Positions 26,329 to 37,000 of a stretch of 64,000 nucleotides of DNA are shown here, one piece after another; positions within the stretch are counted from its first letter, which is position 1, and the number at the start of each line of letters is the position of its first letter. Below the pieces are notes generated by a model, which was not told where the DNA came from, made no database searches, and saw nothing but the letters and a program-made list of their open reading frames with translations. Position numbers and translations under genes: made by a program. Location: NCBI RefSeq assembly GCF_030144855.1, contig NC_082706.1, positions 14,942,001 through 15,006,000 on the forward strand, written 5' to 3'. Origin of the DNA: Hypanus sabinus. Taxonomy: Eukaryota.

Positions 26329-26545
26329 GGCAGCAAGGTAGTGTAATGGTTAGAATTACGCTGTACAATGCCAGCATTCCGGTTCAATTCCACCACTGTT
26401 TGGAAGGACAGTGTCTCCCTTATGACTGCATGGCTTTCCTCTGGATGCTCCGGTTTCCTCCCACATTCCAAATGCATATGGGTTAGAGTTAGTAAGTTAT
26501 GAGCATGATACGTCGGTACCAGAAACATGCTGACACTTGCCAACT
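26329..26545 (+). mobile_element. tRNA-derived V-SINE-like element
   Basis: A/B-box-like head (GGTTCAATTCC) and the GCTCCGGTTTCCTCCCACATTCCAAA domain. Confidence 0.65.
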
Positions 26546-27023
26546 GTCTTCAGCACATTCTCCAACCATCGAGTCTGCTCTACCATTTCATCATGGCTGA
26601 TCCATTCCCCTGACGGCCCCAAACTCCTGCCTTCTCCCTTCTGTTGGTCATCTTCTGCCCTCTGCTGGTCATTGACGCAGATGATGCATTTCATTGGATG
26701 TTTCAATGTATAGGTGACAAATAATGCTAAGGATTTTTATCTTTCTTTAATATGGTTAATACACTAGTATTTAGCAATGTTCTTTAAGTCTGTATGCGTG
26801 CATGTGAATATGTATATTCCCTTTGATTTGTTAAGCTTGCTGAGCTGTGTTTTTCCTGTGATTCAAGTCTGAAATTTAGTGGCTATTCTTGTATGTTGGA
26901 TCTGGGCAAGTCCAATCATACATTAATGACGGCAAAGGTGTAGTTTTTGTTAAAATTTATATGGACCACCTTTCTCCCAAATACTAAATTTACAGTCCTT
27001 GCAACTTCTATCCCAACATGCAG

Positions 27024-27237
27024 AAAGAAGTGGTGATGATGCAGGAGGCAAAACAAGAATGTTATGGCAAGTGGTACCTGCCAGCAGGGAGGATGGAACA
27101 AAATGAAACCATCACTGAGGCCGTGAAGAGAGAAGTTCAAGAAGAAACTGGTTTGGAGTGCGAGCCCTACACTCTGCTGAGCGTGGAGGAAAGAGGTCCA
27201 CGATGGATCCGGTTTGTTTTCCTGGCAAGAATTACAG
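27024..27237 (+). CDS. NUDT18: NUDT18 coding exon 2 (Nudix box)
   Basis: [38 protein letters not shown] fits GX5EX7REUXEEXGU; cag| acceptor, G|gtgcgc donor. Confidence 0.95.
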
Positions 27238-27654
27238 GTGCGCATTTCCCTTTTTGGTGAAGGTGGGAGTGATGGGAATTAAAGTGGCTGTCGCACTATG
27301 ATGAGCGAATACAAAGTAATGACTGCAGTCCTGAATTGTTTACTTTGGAATGTATACACTGGGTATATTTTGACGGGAATTTCTTTTTTTGTAAATTGGT
27401 ATTTTGTAACATATCAAACAATAATTTTAAGGTATATGTTGTTTATATGCTGATTCCTTTTTATGTTATAACTGGTGTCAACGGACTGTGTAATAAAGAA
27501 TCTGAATTATTCTTTCAAAAACTGAAGTATTATGGATTTGGCTTTTGAGATCTTAGTGTTGTGGACTTTCCTAAGTAAAAAATGAGGAATCAATGGCAAT
27601 GAAATGGTTCATTCAGTGGACAACATTTGTAAAAGTCATCTGTAACTCATTGTA

Positions 27655-28437
27655 CAGGTTAAGTACCCCCTTATCTGAAATGCCTGGGGCTGGAAGTGTT
27701 TTGGGTTTTGGATTTTTTCAGATTTTGAAATATATGAGATAGTTAGATGAGATATCTTTTCCAACTCTGAATTTATGGGCTACAAATAAACAGTCTTTAT
27801 CTTACAGTGTTCATCACACGTGTTGTTAACAGTAAAAATTATTACATTGCATCATTATAAAGTGTACAGGATAACGAAAGCAGCACAGCAGGATCAGAAT
27901 TCCTGAATCAGCTGTTGAACAACAGCAGGCTTTCGGTCTCTACCTACGATGCTGTGTTTTGATTAAATGGTTACAGTACACTGTATTTGCATTTACCTTT
28001 TTTTAGGTTTTATGTAAAGTAAAAAAAAAATCAGCATTTCTTCTGGTGTTAGATTTTCATCGCCTACACTTTAAAAATGTAATAAATGCCATTATGTAAG
28101 GTATAAAAGCAAACAGCATCGTATACTTGTTCTGGTGTTAAATTTTCATGATCAGCAGATGCTTTAAAAATTTGATGCCATGCCTTTTCTTAAATTTCTG
28201 CAACCAGCGTGCTGAATATTCACAATTACCTTTGATTTTCAGTTTGTTATGATAGGTCTATGCTTGTTTCGTGATCAGCATACCGTTAAGCAGCATATGT
28301 TCAGTCCTCTAATACACGATCGAGATCTTCATTTTTCAGGTGAAATTTTCAATTTGTGATGTCATGGCAAAACTTAAAAAAATCTGATTTCAGAAGTTTT
28401 CAGATTTTGGAATTTCAGATAAGGGGTATTCAACCTG
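27655..28437. mobile_element. Tigger/pogo-type MITE with TA TSD
   Basis: TIRs CAGGTTAAGTACCCCCTTATCTGAAAT / ATTTCAGATAAGGGGTATTCAACCTG flanked by TA. Confidence 0.85.
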
Positions 28438-28657
28438 TAATTTTTTTGTGTGTTATGTTCATGGTTCTAACGAAACATCAATATTAGCATTACAGAGATA
28501 ATTTTATCTAAAAATGTATTATTCACAGAGGTTTCATAGCAATTAATCACTGTTGGATTTTGAAATTACTCCTCTAGTAACTTCAACAAAAATTTTGTAT
28601 TGGGTGGTATTTTATTTGATGAGTCCAATGCTGATATTAAGCAATGTTTATTTCTAG

Positions 28658-29259
28658 GAGGGAACTTGAAGACTACATCAGAGAGTGATGCGGAATCCTT
28701 GCAGGCAAGATGGTGGGACAGAGTGTCACCACTTCCCCTGAGAGCCAGAGACATCTTAAATTTGATTTCATTTGCTGTCAAGCACAAAGAGAAAGCTTCT
28801 CATCCAGTGATTATGCCTGCTGAGTTGCCCTGCCCAGTTGTGTGTCACCGAGTAGTATCAGCCTTTCTCAACAAAAGCAATGAACTGTGGCTGCTGACTA
28901 ACAATCAGAGCCATCCCCATTTCCCCATCACTGTCTGTGGTTCCTCCTCAGCCGATCTATCCTGCAGCGTAGAAGTGGCCATCTACAGACTGATCAAGGA
29001 GTGCTTGAGGGATTCGCAGGTCAAGGTGAAAACTCATGGCATCTTGGGGTTGCAACACAGCGGTGGAATCACCGGGAAGACAGATGGTGTTTGTTTCAAT
29101 GTGCTGGTCACTGTCGCCCAGGTGGAAACTACATACAGCCAGTTCCCTCCAGATATTAACAGTGTGAAGTACACTTGGCACAAAGTGGACAATGATGATT
29201 TAAAAATTCAGTTGTTAGAGAGATTGTCATTTTCTTCTGTTGTGCCATTTTTGAATTAA
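28658..29259 (+). CDS. NUDT18: NUDT18 coding exon 3; whole protein 321 aa
   Basis: tttctag| phase 1; GGNLKTTSESDAESLQARWWDR, LPLRARDIL, GILGLQH, DGVCFNVLVT; TAA at 29259; AATAAA at 29280. Confidence 0.93.
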
Positions 29260-29318
29260 AGTGACAAGGGAAACATTAAAATAAAAGGAGGTTGAATCTT
29301 TTTATATTGATTGCCTGA

Positions 29319-30219
29319 GGCTATGTCCACTCTACACTGGATAAATACGTAACCGAAGCTTTTTCTCTTCGTTTTTACCCTCCATCCACACTAAAACGGC
29401 GTTTTCGTCCTCCAAAAATGGAGATATTCAGAAAGACTCTCCAGAGTGTGTAATTTTGAAAATGCTGGATTGGCCAGAGCAGTGTGGATGGGGTAACTGG
29501 AGAAATTTAAAAATGCTGTCATGACGTGCCGTTTTAGACCATTTCATAGTTTTCTTGAACGCAACCTAACAATTTCAGAACAGACGGCAATGAGACTAAA
29601 GGCAGAAGAGTTAGAAATGTACTCACCAAATACTTCGACCCATAACTTACTGAATAAATAAGTATACTCACTTTGCCCTGTTTTCTGTTCTTGCTCATAT
29701 GAAGTTGGTATTTATGCAAGTACTTCTCTGACAATAGATGTGAAACAGCCTAATGTAACATTGTATGGAAATACAAGATACTGTAATACTGATGCAGACA
29801 TGTTTTATACATTTAACAAGGGGCTTTATTAATGCAACAGAGTTTGTCAGTTTTTCAATGTTCGTCATTAGCCGGGTCATACTGTCTGTGAACTCCCTGT
29901 CGGTTCCCTCCATATGCTCCAGTATTTGTTTTCTTTTAGTTTTAAGTCCTCCTGCGCGAGAGCCAACAGCTGTCCGTTGCTTAAGTTTTTCTAGTCCGTA
30001 TCTGAACAAACGCGCACCAAGTCTTTCACAGCGAGATTCGACACCAAACATGTCACTTGTTTTCAGTAGATGTGTCCTGCACATATGCAGTAGGAGGAGA
30101 TTCGCCGAAGTATCCGTTTTAATGTGGACAGAGATATTTTTAAAAACGCCTTGTGTGGACACCTATTTTTACGCGAAACCGGCGTTTTCAAAATTATCTG
30201 GTCTAGTGTGGACGTAACC
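29319..30219. mobile_element. Non-autonomous PIF/Harbinger element, 3-bp TSD TGA
   Basis: TIRs GGCTATGTCCACTCTACACTGGATAA / TTATCTGGTCTAGTGTGGACGTAACC; TGA at 29316-18 and 30220-22; full-length paralog at 42166-43085. Confidence 0.8.
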
Positions 30220-32684
30220 TGAGTCTAGGCCCTGTAGTGAACTTAGGCATTCTTTTGTTAAGTGTCGTGTCACATAAGAAATCACGGTCTTTCCATGACA
30301 ATGGTTGTTTGCAGATTTTTCTGTAGAAGTGGATTGTCATTTACAAGACAAGACACCCCAGCTATTAACAATACTCTTCAGAGACTGTCTGCCTGGAGTC
30401 ATTGGTAGCACAACCAGGACTTGTGATGTGCATCAGCTGCTCATACAATTGTCCACCACCTGCTCCTGTGACTTCATGTGACCCTGATCGGTAGTAGGGG
30501 GCTAAGTCGGTGCTGCACCTTGCCCAAGGGTGATCTGCAGGCTAGTATATATAAATTGGAATTTTATCACTGGAGCATCTACATCCCACTTCACAATCCA
30601 GGAGTATTAAGGAAAAAGATTTTCTATTAGTGGTTAGGCTTCAACATACGGGAGACAAAAAGACCTGATGGACAGATTAAAATAAAAAATACACTTGACC
30701 TTGCAAATAACTGAATCTTGAAGACGGTGTAATTTTTCCCCCCTTTACTGGGTAAATCTTTTATTTCCTTACTCCAATGCTTGACGATATTGGACCTGAT
30801 TTAGCTTTTATGTGGTAAATGCCTGTTGAAAGCTTTTTGTACCACAATGCCACCACCCTGATTAAAAAGAATAATCAAATTTTTTTCCTTCTAAGTGTTA
30901 CTTTATTAATACATCCTTTATTAAAGGCTGATTAAAAAACAATTTATAATAAAATATTCGCACTGCAGATTAAATGCCCAAAATATTTTCTCTCATAATC
31001 CACTTCAACTTACTGCACTAAACACACTCCCTACTTTATTTTTACAGCTGCGTGGACCAACCATTGCTCTGAGCAGGAAATTTTTACATGTTCTGCAAAC
31101 TCTGCAGCACTTTAAATGTTTTCATTTTGTAATATGCATACATTAGAATGAAAAATTGAAAAATCACATACTTTTGATTTTATTTATTAATTAAAGGGTT
31201 CAATATCAGAATATATACAATATACAACTATAATTCTTCACAGATATCCATGAAACAAACTTCAAAGGAAGAAAGACAGAAAAAAAAGTTAGAGCCCCAA
31301 AACCACCCCTTCCCATTACACAAGCAGCAAATACAACATCCCTCCCCTCCCCAGTCGCTCCAACAAAAGCATCAACCCCACCACCCACTATGCAACTAAT
31401 AGCAAAGTCCCCAGAGAACATGATCTAGAATCCATCAAAAATTCAATACGGTACAACAAAGAAAATCTTTCACGTTCCGTAAACATTTTCTAGCCACACG
31501 GCATGAAGTCTATGTACGTGGGAGCATTTCGGCTACTACACAGCCACACTCCTGCACAGCTTGCGGGGAGCTGCGCTCGGATGGCACTGAGCATGTGGCA
31601 GGAGCACACAGTAGACCTGTGAACCCCACAAATTACACACTACTCATCCCACTGGACACCCCTGCCCCATCTGTGATAGACTACCCAGAGACTGCTTTGA
31701 ATGCAGTGGTGTGTGTACCTACTTGGGTTGGTCAGTCTGAAATCAACATTTGGGAAATTAACAGGAAGATGGCATTCCGAATGCCATGAAAAAGAACCCA
31801 TAATATTAACAGTAAAACTAAATCCCAGCTGATGTATTTAGAGAATGCAAACGACGTAAAGCAATGTCTATGAAATTTATTATAAAATCATTTGTCCCAC
31901 ACCACCAGGTTAGGAACAGCTATTACCCATCGACATCAGGCTCTTGAACCAGAGGGGATAACTTTACTCACCCCAACACTAAACTGATTCCACAGTATGG
32001 ACTCACGTTTAAGAACTCACAATTTATGTTCTCGATATTATTTATTTATTTATTTATTTATTTATTATGTTTTGTGTTTGCAATTTGTTGTCTTTTGCAC
32101 ATTGGTTGTTTGTCCGTCTTCATTGTTTTTCATTTATTCTATTGTGTTTCTTTGCACTTACTGTGAATGCCTACAAGAAAATGAATCCCTGGGCAGCATA
32201 ATAAATTTAGTTTGAACTTTATAAAAATATAAATCTTAATGACTATTTCAGACTTGGATGTGTTAGTATGGTAGAAATACCCCACCCTTCGAATCACTTA
32301 CTGAAACAAATGACATCAGCATCTACCTGTGATGGTATTTGCGCCGACCTGGCGGCGAAGAACCATAGTTGGAGTCTCAGACCACTACAGCACAGAAACA
32401 GGTCCCTCAACCCATCTAGTCAATTCTGCCTAGTTCCAGCGACCTAGAACCACTACCCTCCATTCCCCTCCCCTCCATATACTTCACAAAGGTCTCTTAA
32501 ATGTTGCAATCGAACCTGCATCCACCAGCTGTCTCCAAACTTGCACTACCCTCCGAGTGAAGAAGTTCCCCCTAAATATTTCACCTTTCACCCTTAACTT
32601 ATGACCTCTGGTTCGAGTTTCGCCCATTCACTGGGAAAAAGACTGTTTGCATTTACCCCATCTATACCCCACATAATTTTGCGT

Positions 32685-32900
32685 CAACAACAGCGACGCC
32701 ACCTTTCCTGATAGGCTGAGTGCTTTCTATGCACTGTCCAATTGAATGAAGTGGGGTGGAGGAAAGCTCCCTTCTCTTCACAGGTATGCTGCCTGTCCGC
32801 AGCTTATGTGAGGAGGACCCTAGCCTGGATGAACCCACGCAAAACTGCAGGGCCGGTCAACACACCCAGTCAGGTACCGAGGACCTGTGGGGCCCAGCTA
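32685..32900 (+). mobile_element. Rex1/Babar-type LINE internal fragment
   Basis: VRRTLAWMNPRKTAGPVNTPSQVPRTCGAQLT resembles the pre-RT region. Confidence 0.6.
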
Positions 32901-33184
32901 ACAGGTGATAGCTGCGTCCTCTCGGGTCTGACTGACACTACCAGATGGCCAGTTCCTGCGAAAGGTATCCTATCTCGTCCAGAGAAAAGGGCCAGGACCT
33001 CTCCGAATTCCTGCGCTCGGTACTTAGTGGAAATCGCTGGGTCACGCCCCGTGTGATTACAGGTCACACTCGCTGTGCTTCTGAGCAGTTTTTCTGAACA
33101 CATCGTTCCCCTGCTCCCGTTGTAGAGAACTTTCACTCTCCGCTGACAGCGATATCCTCTACACACTAGTCGCAACTCTCTGCT
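32900..33184 (-). pseudogene. Degenerate SRCR-domain exon (CD163/DMBT1/WC1-like)
   Basis: Acceptor ttccttgtttcctgtatag; ELRLV..YRC..RVKVLYNGSRGTMCSEKL..ASVTC..FGE, then across frameshifts LDEIGYLSQELAIW*CQSDP and REDAAITC. Confidence 0.8.
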
Positions 33185-35199
33185 CTATACAGGAAACAAG
33201 GAATCGCCAAGTCATTGATTTGCCACTTTTATAGATTTCTTGGTATCGATTTGGCAGGTCGATTTGTGGAAGCATGGTTTCAGATGTATGGCAGCTGCTT
33301 CGCCGCAGATTGCAAAGTTGTAGACACGGCTCAGCACATCACGGAAACCAGCCTCCCCTCTATGAAATCTGCCTACGTTTCTTGTTGCCTCGGGAAACCT
33401 ACCAACAACTGAAAGACCTCATCCACCACGACATTCTCACTCTTGTAGGCTTCCTTCTGCCACAAGTAGTTGTGTCCTCGGCGAATTTATAGATAGCGTT
33501 TGAGCTGTGTCTCGCCACAGTCATATTTGTAAAGAAAGCCAGACCAGTGGTCTCAGCACGCACCCTTGAGTGGCGCCTGTGTTGATTGCCAACGAAGAGG
33601 AGATGGTATTTCAGCGCAGACTGTGGTCTCACCAATAAGGAAGTCAAGGATCCAGTTGAAGAGGGAGTACAGAGGCCCAGGTTCTTGATTAGTACTGAGT
33701 AGATGATGGTGTTGAACGCTGACATTCAGACCATTTATTGTCGTTGGTGTTCTGAAATATTGGTAGACATGAGTCTCTTTCAACCACTGAGGTGTTAATG
33801 ACCGTCTCACAATTATATCACAGCTAATTTTCGACAACCCATTCAGTTTATGTGGGGAAAAAAAACGCGGTAGACTGAAACATTTAAAAAAAAGTCTTCT
33901 ACTTGTTTCGGAACTTTTTATACTGTACTCGTTTTAATTTCATTACCGTCCATTAACTTCACGTCCCATTCTGGAACTGATTCTTTTTCCGTGTGTTTCC
34001 AGTCTATACTTTCACAACTAGCTCTCTGCGAGTTATCCCATCAGTGTTACTCGGAGAATGGACCCCTCGGTGACTAGTTAAGTACTATTGCTTTTAAAAC
34101 TGAAGGCAACGGGGTTATCTGCTCCCGACCCCTTAGCCCACAGATCACCATAGCCCTTTGTCACATTCTATAGCCCTCGCTCTGGTTCGGTCTGAATAAA
34201 CCTTAAAGCACGCGCCAAGGAAAATCGCATCCGACAAGATACGTTGAGCGAATAGTAATTGCTGAAAAAATTCCAACGATCGTGCGGACTGCAACGTTCA
34301 AAGTAAATTCTATTATCAACGTAAAGTGCATATACGTCACTATATACAACACTGAGATCCATTTTCTTCCGGGCATTCTCAGCAAATAGGAAGAAACGCG
34401 ACGAAGTCGACGAAAACCCACACACAAGACGGACGAACAGCCGATGTGCAAACGTCAACCAATTGTGCAAATACAGAAAGAAAAATAAACAAAATAATAA
34501 TACATACATAAATAAGCAAATATCGTGAACATGAGATGACGAGTCCTTGAAAGTGAATCCATAGATTGTAGGAACAGTTCAGTATTGGGGTGAGTGAAGC
34601 TATCCCCCCCCCCCCCGATTTAAGAGCCTGATGCTTGACAGTGGTCCTGAACTTGGTGGTGTGGCTCCTGAGACTCCTGTACCTCCTCCCTTATCGCAGG
34701 AGCGAGGGGAACTACTAGGCTGTAACCACAACCCTTTGTGGGCTTTTCCATTCAGGGGGATTGGTGTTTCCAAACCAGGCCGTGATGCCACCGGGTGATG
34801 TGGACAGTGTAGAAACAGGCGAATGAAATCGAATTTAGAGGGGTGTGTCGTATGTTTCTGAGGTAACGCAGAAAGGTTTGGGGACGCACAATAAACAGGA
34901 GCGGTGTAAAGTTTTGGAATGCGTGCCAACAGACACTTAACATTTACAAGAGAGCTATGGATGGTGGTGAACCCAAGTGCAAAGTAAGCCCTGGAATTAA
35001 CTCAGAATTGAAGGAAACAATATGACACAAATGAAATCTAAAGGCAAACGGCAGTGCGAGAAACGGAACTCCTACGATTGAGAACTGAGTGCCCAGCACG
35101 AAGCCTTTAAGTACAGACTTTCCATAAAGGGATCCGGCAGGCAATAATTGGCAGTCTGCGTCTTAAAGGGACGACGTCTGCTAACCATACTCCGGGGAA

Positions 35200-35254
35200 A
35201 TGGAGAACCAAAACTTGGATACCTGCTGCTGTTCAGTCGGAAGCATGACACAAG
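35200..35254 (+). CDS. Candidate first coding exon of an unidentified gene (MENQNLDTCCCSVGSMTQ)
   Basis: ATG with G at -3 and +4; donor AAG|gtaggt; non-repetitive and in a CpG-rich domain. Confidence 0.5.
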
Positions 35255-35329
35255 GTAGGTGTTTTGAAAGGCAGCCAAGTCTTCATTTCTTTAGTACCAA
35301 TATGAATACCAGTAACAAATAAAAAACCA

Positions 35330-35862
35330 GAAATCAGAACCAGGTTTAATATCACCCGCATCCGTCGTGAAATTTGCTAATTTTGCGGCAGCAGTACAAT
35401 ACATGCATGATAAATATAAGAAAAAAATGAATTACAGTAATTATATTTGTATATTAAATTGTTATTTTAAAATAAATAATACGCAAGCAGAAATTTTTTA
35501 GAGTATTTAGGTACTCTAAACATGTGTTTAATGCCCATATAGAAATCGGATGGCAAAGGAGAAGAAGCTGTTCCTGAATCGTTGAGTGTGTGCCTCAGGT
35601 TTCTGTCCCTCATTCCTGATGATAACAATGAGAAGAGGACATGTCCTGGGTGACAGGAGTCCTTAATAATGGACTCCGCCTTCCTGAGGCACCGCGCCGT
35701 GAAGATGTCTTGGATACTACTGAGGCTAGTATCTGAGATGGAGCTGACTAATTTTACAACTTTCTGCAGCTTACTTCGATCCTGTGCAATAGCCACCACC
35801 ACTCCACCCGCCCCCAATACCAGACGGTGACGCAGCCATTCAAAATGCTCTCCATGGTATAA
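35330..35862 (-). mobile_element. Rex1/Babar-type LINE 3' fragment
   Basis: ORF 35467-35877 with RKAESIIKDSCHPGHVLFSLL. Confidence 0.7.
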
Positions 35863-36414
35863 GTGGGCAGGAATCACTACTGCCCTGTTGACCGAGTTTT
35901 GTCCAGTCTGAGCTTTAGGTCATAAAATACACTTTTCCTCAATTAATCAAAAGTTGTTCTGGCACAAGATACAAGTCCACGACTTCCAATGTCTTGAATC
36001 TTTATTGCGTATTGGTATTGGAGGGCATTTTCTCAAAAAAAAAGCTTTGGCATGTAAAACATTTTGATGTAAGCCCACATTATCATATACTCCAAAATGT
36101 CATTGTGTACCTACAGAAGATACCAAGTGTCTTAGAAAACTGGCTCTAGGATCTGTGAATATAGTCTTCTGTTTCCAAAAGCTAATGTTTGCAATGAAAG
36201 TGACGAATGTGTCCCCTTTTGGTCATTGATGCCTTTGTCCAATTTCAGCTCTAATTCTGGATTTGTTTGTTATTGTTTCAGGGAGGGATTAGTTTGATAA
36301 TCTACAGAGAATCATTTTGTAATTAGATCAAATGACTGCTTCTTTTTCTGCTATATCCATTTCACCTAATTAAAGGGGCCTCACCCTGATGAAATACTAT
36401 TCAGGAGAACTACA

Positions 36415-37000
36415 TGGAGAGGAATTCCATTCTGACATGTTGGGCCATGGCCTTCTCTACCTCTACTGCCACAATGAGGCCACTTTCAGTTTGGAAGAGC
36501 AATGCCTCATATTCCATCTGGGTGGCCTCCAACTTGATGGCATGGAACATCGATTTCTCTAACTTTCAACAATCTCTCCTCCCCCCCCCCACCTCTTCTT
36601 CCATCCCCGTCCTAATTCCTCTCTTAACCTTTGTCATCTCACCTGCCGATCAGCTCCTTCTAGTGCACCTCTCCCTCCTTTTCTCCCATAATCTCCACTC
36701 CTATCAGATTCCTTCAGCCCTTTACCTTTTCCACCTATCAATTTCCAGGTTCTCACTTCATACCCCCTTCTCCATTCTCCTACCTTCCCCCCTCACCTGG
36801 CCTCACCTATCTCCTTCTAGATGGTGCTCATTCCCCTAGCCCCCCCCCCCCCTATTCTGGTTTCTCCTTTCCTTTCCAGTCCTGATGAATGGTCCAAGCC
36901 AGAAACATCAACTGTTTATTCCGTTTCATAGATGCTAACTGACCTGCTGAATTCTTCCAGTATCTTTTGTGTTTCTGGATTTCCAGTATCTGCAGACTTG
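36415..37000 (+). mobile_element. Penelope-like element 3' end with hammerhead-ribozyme motif
   Basis: LEEQCLIFHLGGLQLDGMNIDFSNF-type C-terminus; CTGATGA...GAAAC at 36882-36906. Confidence 0.7.

Noticed and set aside
26329-26400. tRNA gene-like A/B boxes (also near 38005 and 54170)
   Set aside because: SINE heads without a full cloverleaf, followed by the SINE body
29695-30217. ORFs of 150-155 aa as host genes
   Set aside because: Inside a TIR/TSD-bounded element and not kept open in the second copy
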